Below are positions 1-13,300 of a stretch of 64,000 nucleotides of DNA, piece by piece (positions within the stretch are counted from its first letter, which is position 1; every line of letters starts with the position of its first letter). The translations under genes and the position numbers were made by a program. The stretch lies in contig CATNEN010000032.1 of NCBI GenBank assembly GCA_950097015.1, positions 2,790,001-2,854,000 on the forward strand, given 5' to 3'. Source of the DNA: Macrostomum hystrix. Taxonomy: Eukaryota; Animalia; Platyhelminthes. The notes beneath the pieces are model-generated. The model saw only the letters and a program-made list of their open reading frames with translations, searched no databases and was not told the DNA's origin.

Positions 1-3000
1 ATCGGTGCAAATTCTAATGTCGCGTCTCTTACGCACATTTTCCATTGTCTTGCCAAACAATGCGTTGTTTTTCAGCTTGTAAAAATCTTTTTCAAAGCTG
101 TTTGATGCAGCAGCTCGCTTTGCACTATTTTTCTCGACATACGAAGCAAAGACGGGCTCTTGTCGGAACTCAATCATGCGATTGATACACTTTATTCGCA
201 TTCCATGTCGTAAGTAAAATGCCAGTATGGAAGAATGAAGTATATAGGACTTCTTGTCATGGCAGGTGAGCATTAGCTTCTCTGTTGGATGGTAGGCAGA
301 GTCCTCTTTACCAAATTGCTTCCACAGCTGCTTCATGTATTCAGGAAACTCGCTGAAACTCGGCGCCATCTTTTCTGGCGCAAATGGTAAATCTTCTGTG
401 CTGGTATGAATCTCTATCGGGTACAGAAGGTCAGCATCGATAAGGTAGGCAACAGAATCTGTCGTTTGCAGTCCTTGAATACGATCATCTGTCCATAGGA
501 GCAACTCTTCTTCGTCTAGCCAGCGGAAGTCTCCAACTGGCAAATGCATCGTGAGAGCTTGTCCATAGAGGTTGTTGGCGTCTACTGCGAGGAGCTCAGT
601 GCGATCAGCTGGTGGAGTTGTCAGGTCTGTCTCACTCTCATCATCATCGCACTGAGAGCTTACATTACGTGGGCTTGCCAACACTCGGTGAACGTTCACA
701 AAAGTTATGCCTCCTCGAATTCCACACTCAAACATTGAATACATTTGCAGATCTGTTAAAAGTTCGATTGGAGACCTGATGGACTTTAGCGCAGAAGCAA
801 AAGATAGTCCTGGAGTTGTAATGAAATGAACAGGATCAAGACCATCCTCTCGAAGACTGAGCTTCCGAAAATTTTCAAACACATCTGCAAGCTGTCTAAT
901 GTCCAACTCAAGGTAGCGCAGCATGTAGTCCTTCAAATTGGTCACCTGAAATTCATGCCAGGCTCGCTGTGCATGCTCATAATCCGAGTCGCTGCAGTGA
1001 CTCTTCGTAAGAAGATTATAAAAGTTTTCTTTGCTGGGAAGTACCATGTCATTGAGCACATCGATCTTCGTCAGATAATCATACGGAAAGATGCCTTTGT
1101 TGAACAACACTTCCGATGACAGACTCGGATACGAGTTTTTAAGCCGAGCCGTGATTGGGCATTCTTCTTCTGGCAAATTCTTGATCAGCTGTGCCAGGCT
1201 GGCATTCAGGAACTGATTGGAATCGATGAATTGAATAGTGAAATAGAGCGGCTTGATCTTGCCCTCACTCTCATATTCATCGATTTTGAATTCAATCTTA
1301 ATAGCGAGAAACTGCTCAGGATTCTGCGGTATGACTGAAATTCTCCATCCTTCCATGAGACCCAACGCTGTTGACAACATCAGATGAATGTCATACCCTT
1401 TTAAGTTGTGCATGATGATGGGTAGAAAGCGTCTCTTTAGTCTCGCTTGCATGTTGCAGGGTGGGCAAGCGGCTCCTCGGAATATACCACTCAGGTGATC
1501 ATGATCCCAGTGTTTCTGGGACTCGTTCTGAAACTGGCTTCCACAGTGGCAGCAGGCTACGGCTTCTCGAAACAGCTTTTTAGCTGCATCAGTCTTTATG
1601 GCTGCCTGCCTACTGAACTCCGTGTTCCAGCCGTAGACTTCTCGAGCGAGCTGCTCCAGTGACTGCAGGAACTCGGCAATGCACTTGTTGGGATCATCGC
1701 TAACAAAAGTGCTCACTTTGTCATCAGCTCCCCGAGGTGCTAATCCTGTCATGCCTTCTCTGTGCACCACAATGTAGCCCGCGGCAACGGCAACATGCTC
1801 AGTGACCTTCTTCGTAGATGAACCTGCTGGTAGATCGTCTTGACATGGTACATTCAGTGCTTCAAAGTCGGCATAAACAACGAATGGTGGACTGATTGTT
1901 TTTTCCCATGACGAAAATTGCAAAAAAATGTGATTTACATCTGGCAACTCTTCCTTTACGTTGATCACTCCAGGTTGACAAGGAGCTCGACAGTGCTCTT
2001 CAAAGGCTGAGTCACTGTGAAAGGGCATCAAGCAGCGCTCACACCACTTTCGCTGATGCAGGGACACTTTGCTATTGAGAAGCCGGTTGATGCTTGAGAC
2101 AGCGCACCAATGACCTGAGACCTCATCTTCCGATGGCGGAACGAACAAGAGCAGAACAACTCTTCGATCTTTCATTGTGGCTGCAGTAGGCACGCGGAGG
2201 ACTTGAGCAGCATCATTCTCCCAGATGAAAACTGTGAAGCATAGTCCTGTGTTTTGTCTCTCAACAGCAGCAAGGTCGTTCACGTTGACTGGCAAGTTCA
2301 AACCACTCATGTCGAGTTCATCCAGCCAGTCGGTGTACGAGGATTCGCGTTGCGCTGATTTTCTTATTTTGCTGTTTTCCTTGTGTAGGAAAGCAAGGCA
2401 TGCATAACGGAAACAATTTTCACCATTGCTTGGAGGACAAATAACAGCCTTCTTCCGTAGAAGCAGAGTCGGCAGTACAAATTCTGCAGCACGCCCTGTA
2501 TAGTAGGGAACTCGATCGACGAGAGCAGAGTAAAGTTCAAAAAAATTGACCTTGTCAATCATCCAACCGCTACCGTTGGCGTTGTACACATCGACTTTGC
2601 GCTCCAGCTCCGTAAACTGCTGCCTCCACCAATCATCGAACTCCTCCACATCTACCAGCAATCCGAGTTGTGTGCTCATCCATTTATCCTCCGCATTTAC
2701 AACTTCTAACGCCTGCACCCTGATCATGTGCAAATTCAACTTAATCTGAGCTCTCACGAAGCAATTTTCAGAGGAGTCGAGGCGAACTTCAAGACAATGC
2801 AGGACAGCGTTTTTGCTTAAATCAAGAAACTCGAAAGGCTCAGTGATAGATTTCGGAGTAAATCGATGAACTTGAAGAACATCATCGTGAGCGCTATTTT
2901 CCAACGTCAGGAAGAAAGATGGTCCTACAATTAAAGAGGAAGAGGAAGACAACAGTAATAATATTGGTTTCATTTATTTATTGCTTTAACATTCAGGCTC

Positions 3001-3327
3001 AAATACTTCTCTGTTTCACCTCAGCCAATTTTAAGCCCAACGATTAATTTCACTCCATATCCTGTTCATATGCCCCCATTTTAACTTATTTCCCGAGAAA
3101 TAATCCTAAATTTAAAACGATACCGTAGCAGAGGCATGTCTACAACGAGCTAGCAAGCAAAAACTAACATAATAAGCACATCATCCACAAGCACGTGTGC
3201 CCTTGTCAAGTAGTTCAAACAAATAAGTCAGGCATAAAATGTTTCACTTACTGCTTGACCCGAACTCGCGACTGACAGCTGGGTCCAGCAGCGCTTCCTT
3301 GAGACTCGATGAGGCCCCAGAAGACAT
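1..3327 (-). CDS. pPolB: Family B DNA polymerase (organellar/viral, protein-primed type) with endonuclease VII-like Zn domain; predicted join(3252..3327,<1..2924), 3' end outside window
   Basis: Manual translation shows no stop from 2973 down to base 1. Motifs in order: NGSGW, VYADFEA, CCHC..DHDHLSGIFRGAACPPCN (endo VII), MHNLKGYD, FIDSNQFL, KGIFPYDY, LADVFENFR, IRGG, DANNLYG, KLKNNALFGKTMEN. Donor A|GTAAGT at 3252/3251 and a pyrimidine tract plus TAG acceptor at 2925 are both phase 1. An unspliced ATG at 2973 is an alternative start. Confidence 0.92.
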
Positions 3328-3849
3328 CACAGAGAATTATGGTGAAGCTATGCGGCACCACTCAGAAAGCAAGTCAATGCTGCTGAAATTCAGTTTCAAT
3401 TTCATTTTGCATGCAAATTATACATCGATATCGATAGATCAAATTCTAGTCTGGTCCACATAGAGTCAAGAGTTGAAACCAATCCTAAAAGCAAAGAGTT
3501 TGAGTGAGTGATTGAATCCTAGCTGCTATAGAACCTGATTTAAAGAAAAAATACGTAAAACCGTGAATTCATAAAAATTAATGATAACAAATGCGTCCGG
3601 AGCATCATTTCAATCCATTTTATTTCTTCCAAAAACACACCATCACAGAAAATCATGCTCTAAAAATCACTTCTCGCTCCTTATCATCATCATAATAAAA
3701 GTTACAATGTGAACTGTCTCAAGGCAAATAATATTATCATTTACTTATATATAACAGCAAAAATAGAACACGGATGCCGACTTTAAATGCTGTCACTCGA
3801 GACACAACGCTTATGGGAAATTGGAATTAACAGTAATCTATTGTTCGAT

Positions 3850-5100
3850 CTACTGCTGAACACTACTCAATTTAATGCACACACCACCCCCAAAGTCAAT
3901 GGTGTACTCGCCGACAACGCTGCTGGGAAGCACGAGCTGCATGAAGACTGGGACTGGTGCGGCTTCTACAACTTTGACTGCCTCTTGCATAACAGTAGGC
4001 TGAGCAGCTGGCTCATCCTGCTCTAGTTCATGCAGAATGTCCGTCAAGCTGATGTCCATGTTCACAATTGCTCTGGCCTGCTCCAGATTTTTTGCGGCAA
4101 TTGGAGGGGGTCGTTGCTGCTGCTGCTGCTGCTGCTGCTGCCGCTGTCCTTCTGTATTCGCGGCATCTTCCAAGTCAAACTCGAGGTCTTCGAAGAATGC
4201 TGTGTTCAGCTCCTCAGCGGGTGAATCAAGCTGAATAATTGGAATGCCATCTTCATCATCATCATTCTCATGATAGTTAATAACCTGATCAGGCCTGAAT
4301 TCAGCTGCGGCCAGCTCAACTACATTAGCGGAGGCAGCAGTGGCGGCTGCGGCATCGAGGACATCAGGTGCGACGGTGGCGTGGACATCAGGTGCGGCGG
4401 TGGTGTGGACATCAGGTGCGATGGTGGCGTGGACATCAGGTGCGGCGGTGGCGTGGACATCAGGTGCGGCGGTGGCGTGGACACCAGGTGCGATGGTGTG
4501 GACATCAGGTGCGGCGGTGGCGTGAACATCAGGTGCAACGGTGGCGTGGACATCAGGTGCGGTGGTGGAGTGGACATCAGGTGCGGCGGTGGCGTGGACA
4601 TCAGGTGCGATGGTGGCGTGGACATCAGGTGCGGCGGTGGCGTGGACATCAGGTGCGGCGGTGGTGGAGGGTTGAACATCGGCTGCAGCGGCGGAGGCTG
4701 CAACAACGACAAGGGCGACTCGGGTGGCAGCAGAGGAGGTATCAGACATTTCAGTGCAGATCCCTCGAATAGTCTGGCTGAGCGTGCTCACCGGCTGGCG
4801 CATTCGCTCAGACTCTTTGCGAGCTTCGTCGTGCTGAGCAGCTTCGAGGGCAGCAGATCGGGACGCATCCATGTCGCTTGGAGCACCCCAATTGATCACT
4901 AAATGGTTTCTGTGATTTTTTATTTGTGCTCGAGCGTTGAAAACTTCGACTGATTGGCACTGCATGCAAGCAAGCCAGCGACTAACTCGGCATGAGTCTT
5001 TTGACTTGTGCCATTTTAGTCCGCCCAGCTCGCACAGGCCGCAGTCGATGCACACCTCGAACACGTAGGATGGGCAGCGCGATTTGTTTTTTGCAGTCAT
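3850..5100 (-). CDS. 416-aa protein: Cys/His-rich N-terminus (CxxC..H..H, zinc-finger-like), 13x TAAPDVHA repeat, acidic stretch, poly-Q; probably an accessory gene of the Polinton-like element
   Basis: Long ORF 3850..5205. The best ATG (GCCGCCATG) is at 5100, just downstream of a possible acceptor (AATCAG). Co-oriented with and upstream of PolB. No family recognised. Confidence 0.65.
   Translation of the reverse strand: MTAKNKSRCPSYVFEVCIDCGLCELGGLKWHKSKDSCRVSRWLACMQCQSVEVFNARAQIKNHRNHLVINWGAPSDMDASRSAALEAAQHDEARKESERMRQPVSTLSQTIRGICTEMSDTSSAATRVALVVVAASAAAADVQPSTTAAPDVHATAAPDVHATIAPDVHATAAPDVHSTTAPDVHATVAPDVHATAAPDVHTIAPGVHATAAPDVHATAAPDVHATIAPDVHTTAAPDVHATVAPDVLDAAAATAASANVVELAAAEFRPDQVINYHENDDDEDGIPIIQLDSPAEELNTAFFEDLEFDLEDAANTEGQRQQQQQQQQQRPPPIAAKNLEQARAIVNMDISLTDILHELEQDEPAAQPTVMQEAVKVVEAAPVPVFMQLVLPSSVVGEYTIDFGGGVCIKLSSVQQ
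4358..4665. repeat. 24-bp coding tandem repeat (GTGGACATCAGGTGCGGCGGTGGC), about 13 copies, one 21-bp variant
   Basis: Directly visible; the frame is preserved in the minus-strand ORF. Confidence 0.95.
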
Positions 5101-5324
5101 GGCGGCTCCAGTAGGATAGTTTTTTAATCTCTGGCGACGCCACTGATTAATTCCAGGTGTAATATATAAATATCCAGGTAGCTGTTCTTCAGAAGAACAT
5201 AGCACCAGTGTTTACTGTTTGGCTATGTTTGTGCAGATCGATTTTTTACTACGAAAATAGAAAATTTTTCCATTATAAGTTTATGGCTTGCTTACAAGCC
5301 ATTCCACTTCACATGCATGCCGCC

Positions 5325-5325
<1 letters not shown>

Positions 5326-5376
<51 letters not shown>
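5326..5376. repeat. (TG)25 microsatellite
   Basis: Directly visible. Confidence 0.99.
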
Positions 5377-5377
<1 letters not shown>

Positions 5378-5741
5378 GGCCAATTACAGCAGGTGAGAAT
5401 AAAGTCATCCCCTGCCCACCAACCCCCAAAAAAGCACTGTACAAACCCCATTCCAGTGCGCCTGCACTCACATTTTCCCCGGCCGGCCTCTCCTCCTATC
5501 TCTGCAGAGTCAACAACCCCAATGCAAAGAGATAGACCGGCCTCTCCTCCTATCACTGCAGTGTTCCCTGTTTTCCCCAGACCAACAGTTGTTTTGTTGT
5601 TGTCTTCATATGAAAAAATAACACAGACCAGAGCAAAAGTGAAATTCCCATTGGAGGAGTGGAACTGAATAAACAATCGGTTTATCAGACTGCACTGACT
5701 GCCTCTCTCCCTCTCAGACAGATTTACCTGCGACAGAGTCC

Positions 5742-5973
5742 ACTATGCAAACACATGGCGTTTGTTCACACACTAGGACCCCACGGAATTTCCGAGGACT
5801 TCCTTGCGGCAGAGTTTTGCTATGTAAAACATGGGCCTATGTACATGCACTGGGTCCCATGGAATTTCCGCGGATTTCCTTGCGGCAGAGTTCTGCTATG
5901 TGAAACATAGGCGCTATGTTCGCAAACTAGGGCCCCACGGAATTTCCGCGGAATTCCTTGCGGCAGAGTTCTG
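5742..5973. repeat. 77-bp tandem repeat, about 3 copies, each with a near-palindrome CCRYGGAATTTCCGMGG
   Basis: Equivalent positions at 5771, 5848 and 5925 (77-bp period). Confidence 0.9.
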
Positions 5974-7387
5974 TTAACCCATACTACTGAAGTACAACCA
6001 CCGACAGTGGCTAAATAGAAGCTACAGCTAACAACCAGGTACCTACTTTATCCACTCCATCTGTACTGTCAGCTAAGTATTGATGGCCGGCCCAATTGCC
6101 TTTTCGCCTGTAAAGTGGCTAATCCACTCGATACCTGCGACTCAGTCCGTCAGTCGTCTGCTAAAACAGCGCATCACTCAGCAATCAGTAGCGTTGCTGC
6201 ACTGTTGTAGTTCATAATTGAATTCACGTCTAAATCTAATTATTAGCAGCAGTTTCAAGCCGGAATCAATCAGCGCTAGCTTGACAGCTCTGGCCAACAA
6301 CACGACAAAATGGGAGGAGTTCATGCATTTTTGAGCTGCTCACTTTATACGCTCGTACCGCTCCATTTCTAGCTCAGACCAATCATCTCGAACGTTCTAT
6401 GAAAATTAGAATGAAGCACAAAAGGTCTCTTTGAGACAATAGTGATCAGTGAAATTGGACATCGACTTGGCTTATCGAGGTTATCGAAGAGCTTGGAGCT
6501 TGTTGTACTTGAAGCAGCTTCCTCTAGGCCCGGGCGGAGCCAGAAACTTTGGTTCCTGGGTGGATTCCTGGGTCGTAAAGACGGTCTTTCTGACTGTCTA
6601 AGAGTTACCAGTCCGGTTGGGCGGGTCTCGGAACCAGCACCTCCTGGTCGAAACCCCGTAGTCTCAAACCCGGTAGCTAATCAAGAAATACGAGCTACAT
6701 CTGGTTCAGTCAGTTCCAGCCCAATAGGGCCCAGTTTTAAACAGACTCCGGTAGGAAATCCACGTCTAGCTTGGTAGGAATCTTGGTAGGAGTCCGGTAG
6801 GAATCTCCATCGATTGGTGAAGAGGTGAAGGAGTGAACCGGGCCAAATAAGATGTAGAGCCCGTTCTGCGAGTATAAAGCTGATTTTCATACGTTGGGAC
6901 TGAAATTGACACTGTCGAGATAGGAGCTGATTTAAAACTTTTCTTACGAAGTACTAAAGCTTTTTGATACGACGTCATATGTCTTTGCGCGACAACCACA
7001 TACTCGTACCTCGTAACTATGCCATGATTTATTTTAAACGGCTAGCAAACTTGACAAAAACTTCTACTACTAGTCTTTAGGCGGTTGCAGATATGAGCAC
7101 ATGATCTATCAGATATAAGTTTGGAACGAAGGAGCGGAAAAATATGTAGTTGCAGCCAAAACTTGATGCGTGACAAACATTTTTTAAACTTCGAGGAACC
7201 CACGAGCAGTCGGAGCAGCAGACGTCATTTTCCTAAGAAAGAAGAACTGCTCCAATCACATGGCATAATATACCTGTTAAACAGGTGGAGTCTCTGCCCT
7301 GTAACACGATGCCGATCTTGAATCAGAAAAATCTGGTGATTTTTTGTTTAAAAAGAAGCTACGACGCTCAGTGTTTCTGACGGCCAA

Positions 7388-10300
7388 TCAGTGCCGATGC
7401 TGCGAGTTTGTCGCCGCCGTTTCCGCCCGCCGTTGTCTGCGTTTCTGTCGTTTTCGACGTCGTCGTTTTTGTTCGGCACGACGGGAAGCCTTGGATGACT
7501 TCGGCAACGGCTGGGGCGGCGGCTCCCGTCGAGCAATGATCCCAAGTCGTCGGCCAAGTCGTCGGACCTTCTCGATAACCTCCTCCTGCATCAGTTTGAA
7601 GCACATAGCGAATACTGAGAGACCGACGGCCACGTACAGAGTGGTGGCGATGAGCTTCTCCTTAGGGTTTTGCGAGTCCACCTCAGTGCCTGCGGGAATA
7701 TGTAACCCAGCTGTGAAATGGGTGCCATGGCATCAGCTGGGGTAGAAATTGGGCCGACCTTCTCAGTCCACGGACTGAGCAGCTGTACACAGCCTTTGGA
7801 AGCCGTGTGCAGTAGCTGCGGCTGTGGCACTGGCTGAGCATCAGGCGCAACTGGTCTTTGTGTAGTTAGTATCTGTCTTCCACATACTTTTACATCTTAT
7901 TTAGCGAGAACGATTCTCCCTCTTTCATGAGAAAAAAAGAGTTATGTGGCGGGCAATAAGTTTTGCCAAATTTGTATGTAAGTGAAGACTTGACTAGGAG
8001 TTTGGGGTTAAAGAAGGTGTAAAGAGCTTGTTAAGAAAACACAGCATGAATTCAATAAAAAAATGGCGTCAACGTCTTTCTGTCTCCGCCGGGGCTCCCA
8101 AGAAGCGCTTAGAAGACAGTTTCAAGTTTTAACGACACAATTTTTTCTACCTTCCACCTTCTTACAGGTAAAAGACAATTAACGCGAAGTTGGTTAGCAT
8201 CTGTCCAATTGTCTCCAGGCGTTATCGGGCTGGCAAGAGAGTGAGGTAGAGAGTGGTTGGCCTACTCAAGCTGGCGCCATACGTCTTGGCTGGAGTTGAC
8301 AGGAATTCTCAGCTCCCATGCAGTGTGGGAGAAGTGGAATTGAGGAAAACGACAGTCTGTGGAAAATACTAGGAAATAGCCTTGACGACTAAAAAAGAGA
8401 CTGCTTGTGGGATGGGTGGGAAAAGAAAGTCTAGCCTAGCCAGCATAAAGCAGCTCGTTCAAAGCACCTTGGGCAATCGGCGTCTAGAATTTCTATTTGC
8501 CATCCTGCCGCTGCTTCTTCGCGGCCAAGCGGAGATGCGATAGTCTCAAAATGCGCTGGTGCAAGTATGTGCCGGGGGGCAGTTGATGCTACAGTCCGTT
8601 CGCGATGCCTTTACTGGACAATATTAGGCCCGGAGATTTAGGTAAACACATGGCGGGAAGAGTAGGAAGGGAGGGCGCTCCTACCAGGCACAATGTCGCC
8701 GAATCCGATTGTGCTGAGCGTGATGAAACAGAAATAGGACCACTTGATGTAGTCTGCCTGCTCCCAGATGGTGAATAGAAACGAGCCGAAGATCACATAG
8801 CCCAGCATGACAGTCAGCGACAAGCTGAGCGGCACTGTCACCTGGCGCAGCTTCTTGTCGTGCGGACCGCGGCCGCGACTCTTGCGCGCTTTAACATAGT
8901 CGTAGTAGCCTTTGTAATTGTCGGTGCCATTGTAAGCCTCCAGCGAAGATAGAGAAGAACTCGAAGACGAGGACGAGGAAGAGTCCGAGTCGATGGACGA
9001 TCCGGATGGGCTCGGCAGGGTGATGTAGCTGATTGTTCGTGTTAGTGGCTCCACGACAGCTGAGGCAGCTGACGTCTGAGCCTCGGAGTCGTCCTCGTCC
9101 AGCGGCTCCGCTTCTTCTGTCAGCGCCTGGTCGATGTTGGCCCAATCTACCACCGGCGCCCGGCCAATCCCGGTAAGAGAGTCTGGCACTGTCAACGACG
9201 GAGCCAGACAATCTCGACGAGCTCGAAACGGCGATGGTGTCGACTGGCTTCGAGCGAGTCGTCGCTGATGAGGCGCGAGTCGCGATGTGCGGATGGAAGA
9301 CAAACTCGTGAAGCGCCTGTTTTTGTGAATGATTCAGAGTTAAGCTTGAAAATTGGAATTCAAAGCGAATATTTTCATCGCTGTTTTACTGATAGACGCT
9401 TCATGCTTTTTAATATATGACCCGATCAACAAGCAGCGACTCTCAAATCAAATCGTCTCATAAGCAGCTTACCTCGTCGGCGAATCTTCATCAGACTGGT
9501 GCATTGGCTGTCGGTGACGCGTCGCCGGAAGAAGGCGAGCCACAGCTAGGGCTCGTCGTGCCCCTCGAATGTCGCTACTTGCAGTTGCTGATGATGCCGC
9601 CGTCATCGGTAGATCGTCGACAAATAGGACGCGGCCTGTGCCAGCCGGAGTGGACCAAGCGGCCATCAATGGTCGCGCGAAATCTGTCTTGACCCGGATG
9701 ATGTCCAAGCCGTCGTTGGTTCGACGTCCCGTAGAGGCCGAGACCAGCGCTCCATTCGCTTGTGACGTTCCTGCAGATACTGCCGCTGCTGCTGCCGCAG
9801 CGGCTGCGGCTACCTCGGCTGGCCCGCGCGGTTTTACTGAGCACAGACGAAACTGTTTCAAATAGGGCCGGCACATTGTGCTATAGAGCAGTCGGAATCC
9901 GTCGGCCAGGTAGTCGCCAATGTTGTTCAGGTAGAGGAACATCAGGGGAATGCCAAGGAAAGCGCAAAACATTGTGGCGATCATACCCTGCCACGTTTTG
10001 GGAGCTGCGTGACCGTAGCCTGGCGATTTTTAGGTGAAATCATGGAAAAAATTAGGCTCGGTATTTGGAAAAGATGACGAAAGGAATATTTGGAAGCTCC
10101 TGCTTTTAAGAGAGATCCTTCTCCTCTATTCGATGACCAAAAAGTAACGTGCTGTGGACGATTGAAATCTAATCTAAAGGCTTTTTTGCATTGCTATCAA
10201 ATGACTCGTTTTGTTGTACATTTATTTGAGTTCAAATGAATTGGGTAATAAAAATGTACACGATCATGCATTCCGTCCTCATTCGATGGCTGCGTGAGCG

Positions 10301-13300
10301 AACCTATAGTCCTTCGTTTGGACCGTCCCAAAGTCTTTAATAATTAAACCTTAAATTTTTTCTCCTAGTCATGCTTCATGCTAAAAGCTTGAGTTACGCT
10401 AATCCCTCTATTAGCTTAAGTACTTGCTTATTAGCTTAATTGTTTGTTGAAGCTCATCTGTTTTATGCAACAAGTAAAGCCCTTTCGGCTGATAAGGCAG
10501 CTAAATTAAACTTTACTATATCAATGGATGTCAAAAGTTGAGTCGGTCCAACTCAAAGACCAGTCTGTGACTGGTAGCGCATGTGATTTGATTTGACAGG
10601 CCAGGTTGCAATGGCTGCTATGTATTCTACTCGTAGACATTTTCGGCCTGATTTTGTCGATAGGGAAACGCGATTCCCTCGGGCAGTAATCAAAGGTCAT
10701 TAACGATAATGGAGTGGCATCTTTCAATATTAACACTGCACACTTGTTGATTCTGCTTCTGCTGCACATAAGTGGAAAATCTCTTTACTCGGCTGAATCG
10801 AAGCTAGACAATTCGAAGATTTGCTCTTGTGCTGCAGGAGTACTTCAAGCGTGTGTGTAGCATATGTGATGCGTATGCAATCTCACAGTACAAGCTATAT
10901 GCTGCCAGCCACAGTGAGTAAGCTGAGATTTTTCCCACGCGGAGATTAAACGGCCTAATTTCTGCTATCGTGCTTTGTCTGGAGTTAATTAACCGACCCC
11001 CAAATACAGCTGAGCAATCAATTAATAATGCCATTCCGCTTAATTTTGTACCTGTACCAAACTCACGCAGCGAAATCGCTAATTGACTATCTTAAAGTGT
11101 TATAACTGAATAAAAAATTTAATCGACTGTCGCTATGAATTGAATAATTGAGTAAGCTGCTGGAATTGATGTTAGCAATCAGCAATCAGGCGGTGCTGGA
11201 AATAGAAGTCGTATAGCTCTACCCAGGTGCACGCAGGTGATCTGAACAATATCACGGACTAGAAACCTGATGCTGCTAACTTGTATCGACGATTTGTTAC
11301 TCTCTTTCTCACTTTCTCTCGCCTCCAAGCCAACTTCCCAATTTTCTACCGGCTTCTCCTGTTCTCTCCTGCCGAGGTCTTTAACTTTGAGAATGTTTAA
11401 CAGAAGTCGTATCTGAGACTACAGCTATTGGGACTACTCCCAAGTATGTCTTACAACTGCAGTCCCTTACAACTGCTACTCTCGGAGTCATGTTCGGAGC
11501 GAGAGTGAAAGCTGCCAGATATCGATTTCTAATGCTGCTGTTGACACTGCAATTTCTGGCCCAGAAAATTGGGGTCAGTGTCTCAAATTCGGGGCTCAGG
11601 CTCAATGCCGCAGCCAGTCATTATTTTCCACCTGCGAATGATGGAAAGGCGTCATTTTTTATATTGAAGCAGAGAGCGAGGTTGGTCATGGGCTCAATCT
11701 TGACCGACACTGCTGCATCACTAGTGCTAACGGCTTCTGGGTGGCCGGAACAGGGAGTGTGAGGCTTTAAGGACAGAACAATATGAAAAGGGAGTGTGAA
11801 GGTGTGGAGATCGGGGCAGAACGGATTTGCGGATGAGGGTGCTGGCGCTGCAGATTTTGCGGCCAGTGTCAGGAGAGCAATTATGAATTATGTAAAAAAT
11901 ACTGTAAAAAAATTGCATAGTCCGGCCGCGAGAGCTAATGGAGATGGTTGTGCTTTCTGGACCAATGTAGACCTTTCTGAGCTCCTCTGTGCACTCAGGA
12001 ACCAGCCCTGCTTCTGACTTTCATTCAGAGTAATATCGGAAGCACTAGTGTACATAGCAGTGATAGATCCTTTACTGAGTTCTTGAACACTACAAATTAA
12101 CGAAATTAATTTTTTTTCGTTTTTGCAAAGGATCGATTCCCAGTAGATAAAAAATAACTATTGAAGCCTGTTGCCTACTCGCTAGCCAACATGAGTGGCT
12201 CCCATGGCGGCATTCCAATCATCAAAGACCCCAGGAGCCGAACAGCTGCGTGCTCTGCCCGAGAAATTCTTCTGAGGAGTGTCAGAGTTCAAAATATCGA
12301 AGACCCAAGGCTCTTAGGCTCTAAAAAATTACAGAATTTCGCCACTGATCGAAGTGTGTCAGTGTCCACGGAACTGCTTCTCCCGTGTGAAGAGAAATCA
12401 GGAAACTCTGGGATTTTCTCTATACCCACGGAGAAAATTTAATGATGGGATCGAAGGAACACTTGCTGGAGAAGATTATTGCAGCAATTGGGATATTTCT
12501 GTTGGATTATTGAAGCGGGGGATGTCTGTAGAGAGTGGGACCCTCCTTGTTTGTCCTCAGAATGGAGGCCGCGGTTGTTGGGGGGTACAACTGGGCAAAC
12601 ATGCCATGATGGAGAAAGAGAATGCCTAATTCTGCACTTTCCACATTCAAGAAAATTTGTTTTCACGTACTGCGTCTACGTGATAGACGTCTCTCTTGTA
12701 GTTTTGTAAATATAGGCCCTGTTGCAGCTCATTTTATAGACGAAGGATGAAAAAGTACCCATCAGTGTTAGGCGCAATACTAGCAACAGCACCATCAACA
12801 ATGCTAGATCAAAGTGAGAAAGATGAAGCTTTCTGCACTGCCACGATGTCCGAACCCGAGGCAGAAGCTAGAATGTCTATTGTTGCAAGTTCGTGCTGCA
12901 CAATCAGAAATGTACAGGGCATTTGTACAGCCAGCATGCATGTTCTAGTAAACATTAACTCAACATTGAACTTTCAATTCGCTCGTACGATGCCAATAGC
13001 TTGTCGAGCTATTAGTCAGACAAACGCCAACAATAAAATTCCCTCACAAGCTTTCAAGTCTGTTTGCAATCTTACCTATAGTGGTGATAACTGTCACCAC
13101 AAACAGAATCGCCCCGGCGAAGTTCCAAGTGTAGTCCCGCTCCGACAGGCTTCCATTCCATCCGTCATCCTTCACAAACACTGTCACGTTGGCAACGATT
13201 CTGGCCACGATTTCGTTGAGCAACCTATGCTGGCTCAGCTGGTTCACTTCAGCGACTGTAGCCGCATCCGACAAAGCTGCTGCCACTGGTGGACGATGGC

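Larger units (their letters stand above)
1..5988 (-). mobile_element. Polinton/Maverick-like element, right-hand part (continues beyond the window start)
   Basis: Contains a PolB gene of the type found in Polinton-like elements and a second co-oriented ORF. A 77-bp tandem array (5742-5973) is followed by ACTACT (5983-5988), the reverse complement of the AGTAGT terminus known from many Polintons. The boundary is inferred. Confidence 0.65.

Noticed and set aside
4270-4902. Plus-strand Gly/Cys-rich ORF (GGVDIRC repeats) resembling a structural protein
   Set aside because: Antisense shadow of the 24-bp repeat. The minus ORF is longer, has a good ATG context and has non-repetitive flanks.
6500-7000. 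GC-richer block with four GGTAGGA motifs (6750-6802)
   Set aside because: Could be a non-autonomous transposon fragment, but no TIR, TSD or second copy was found
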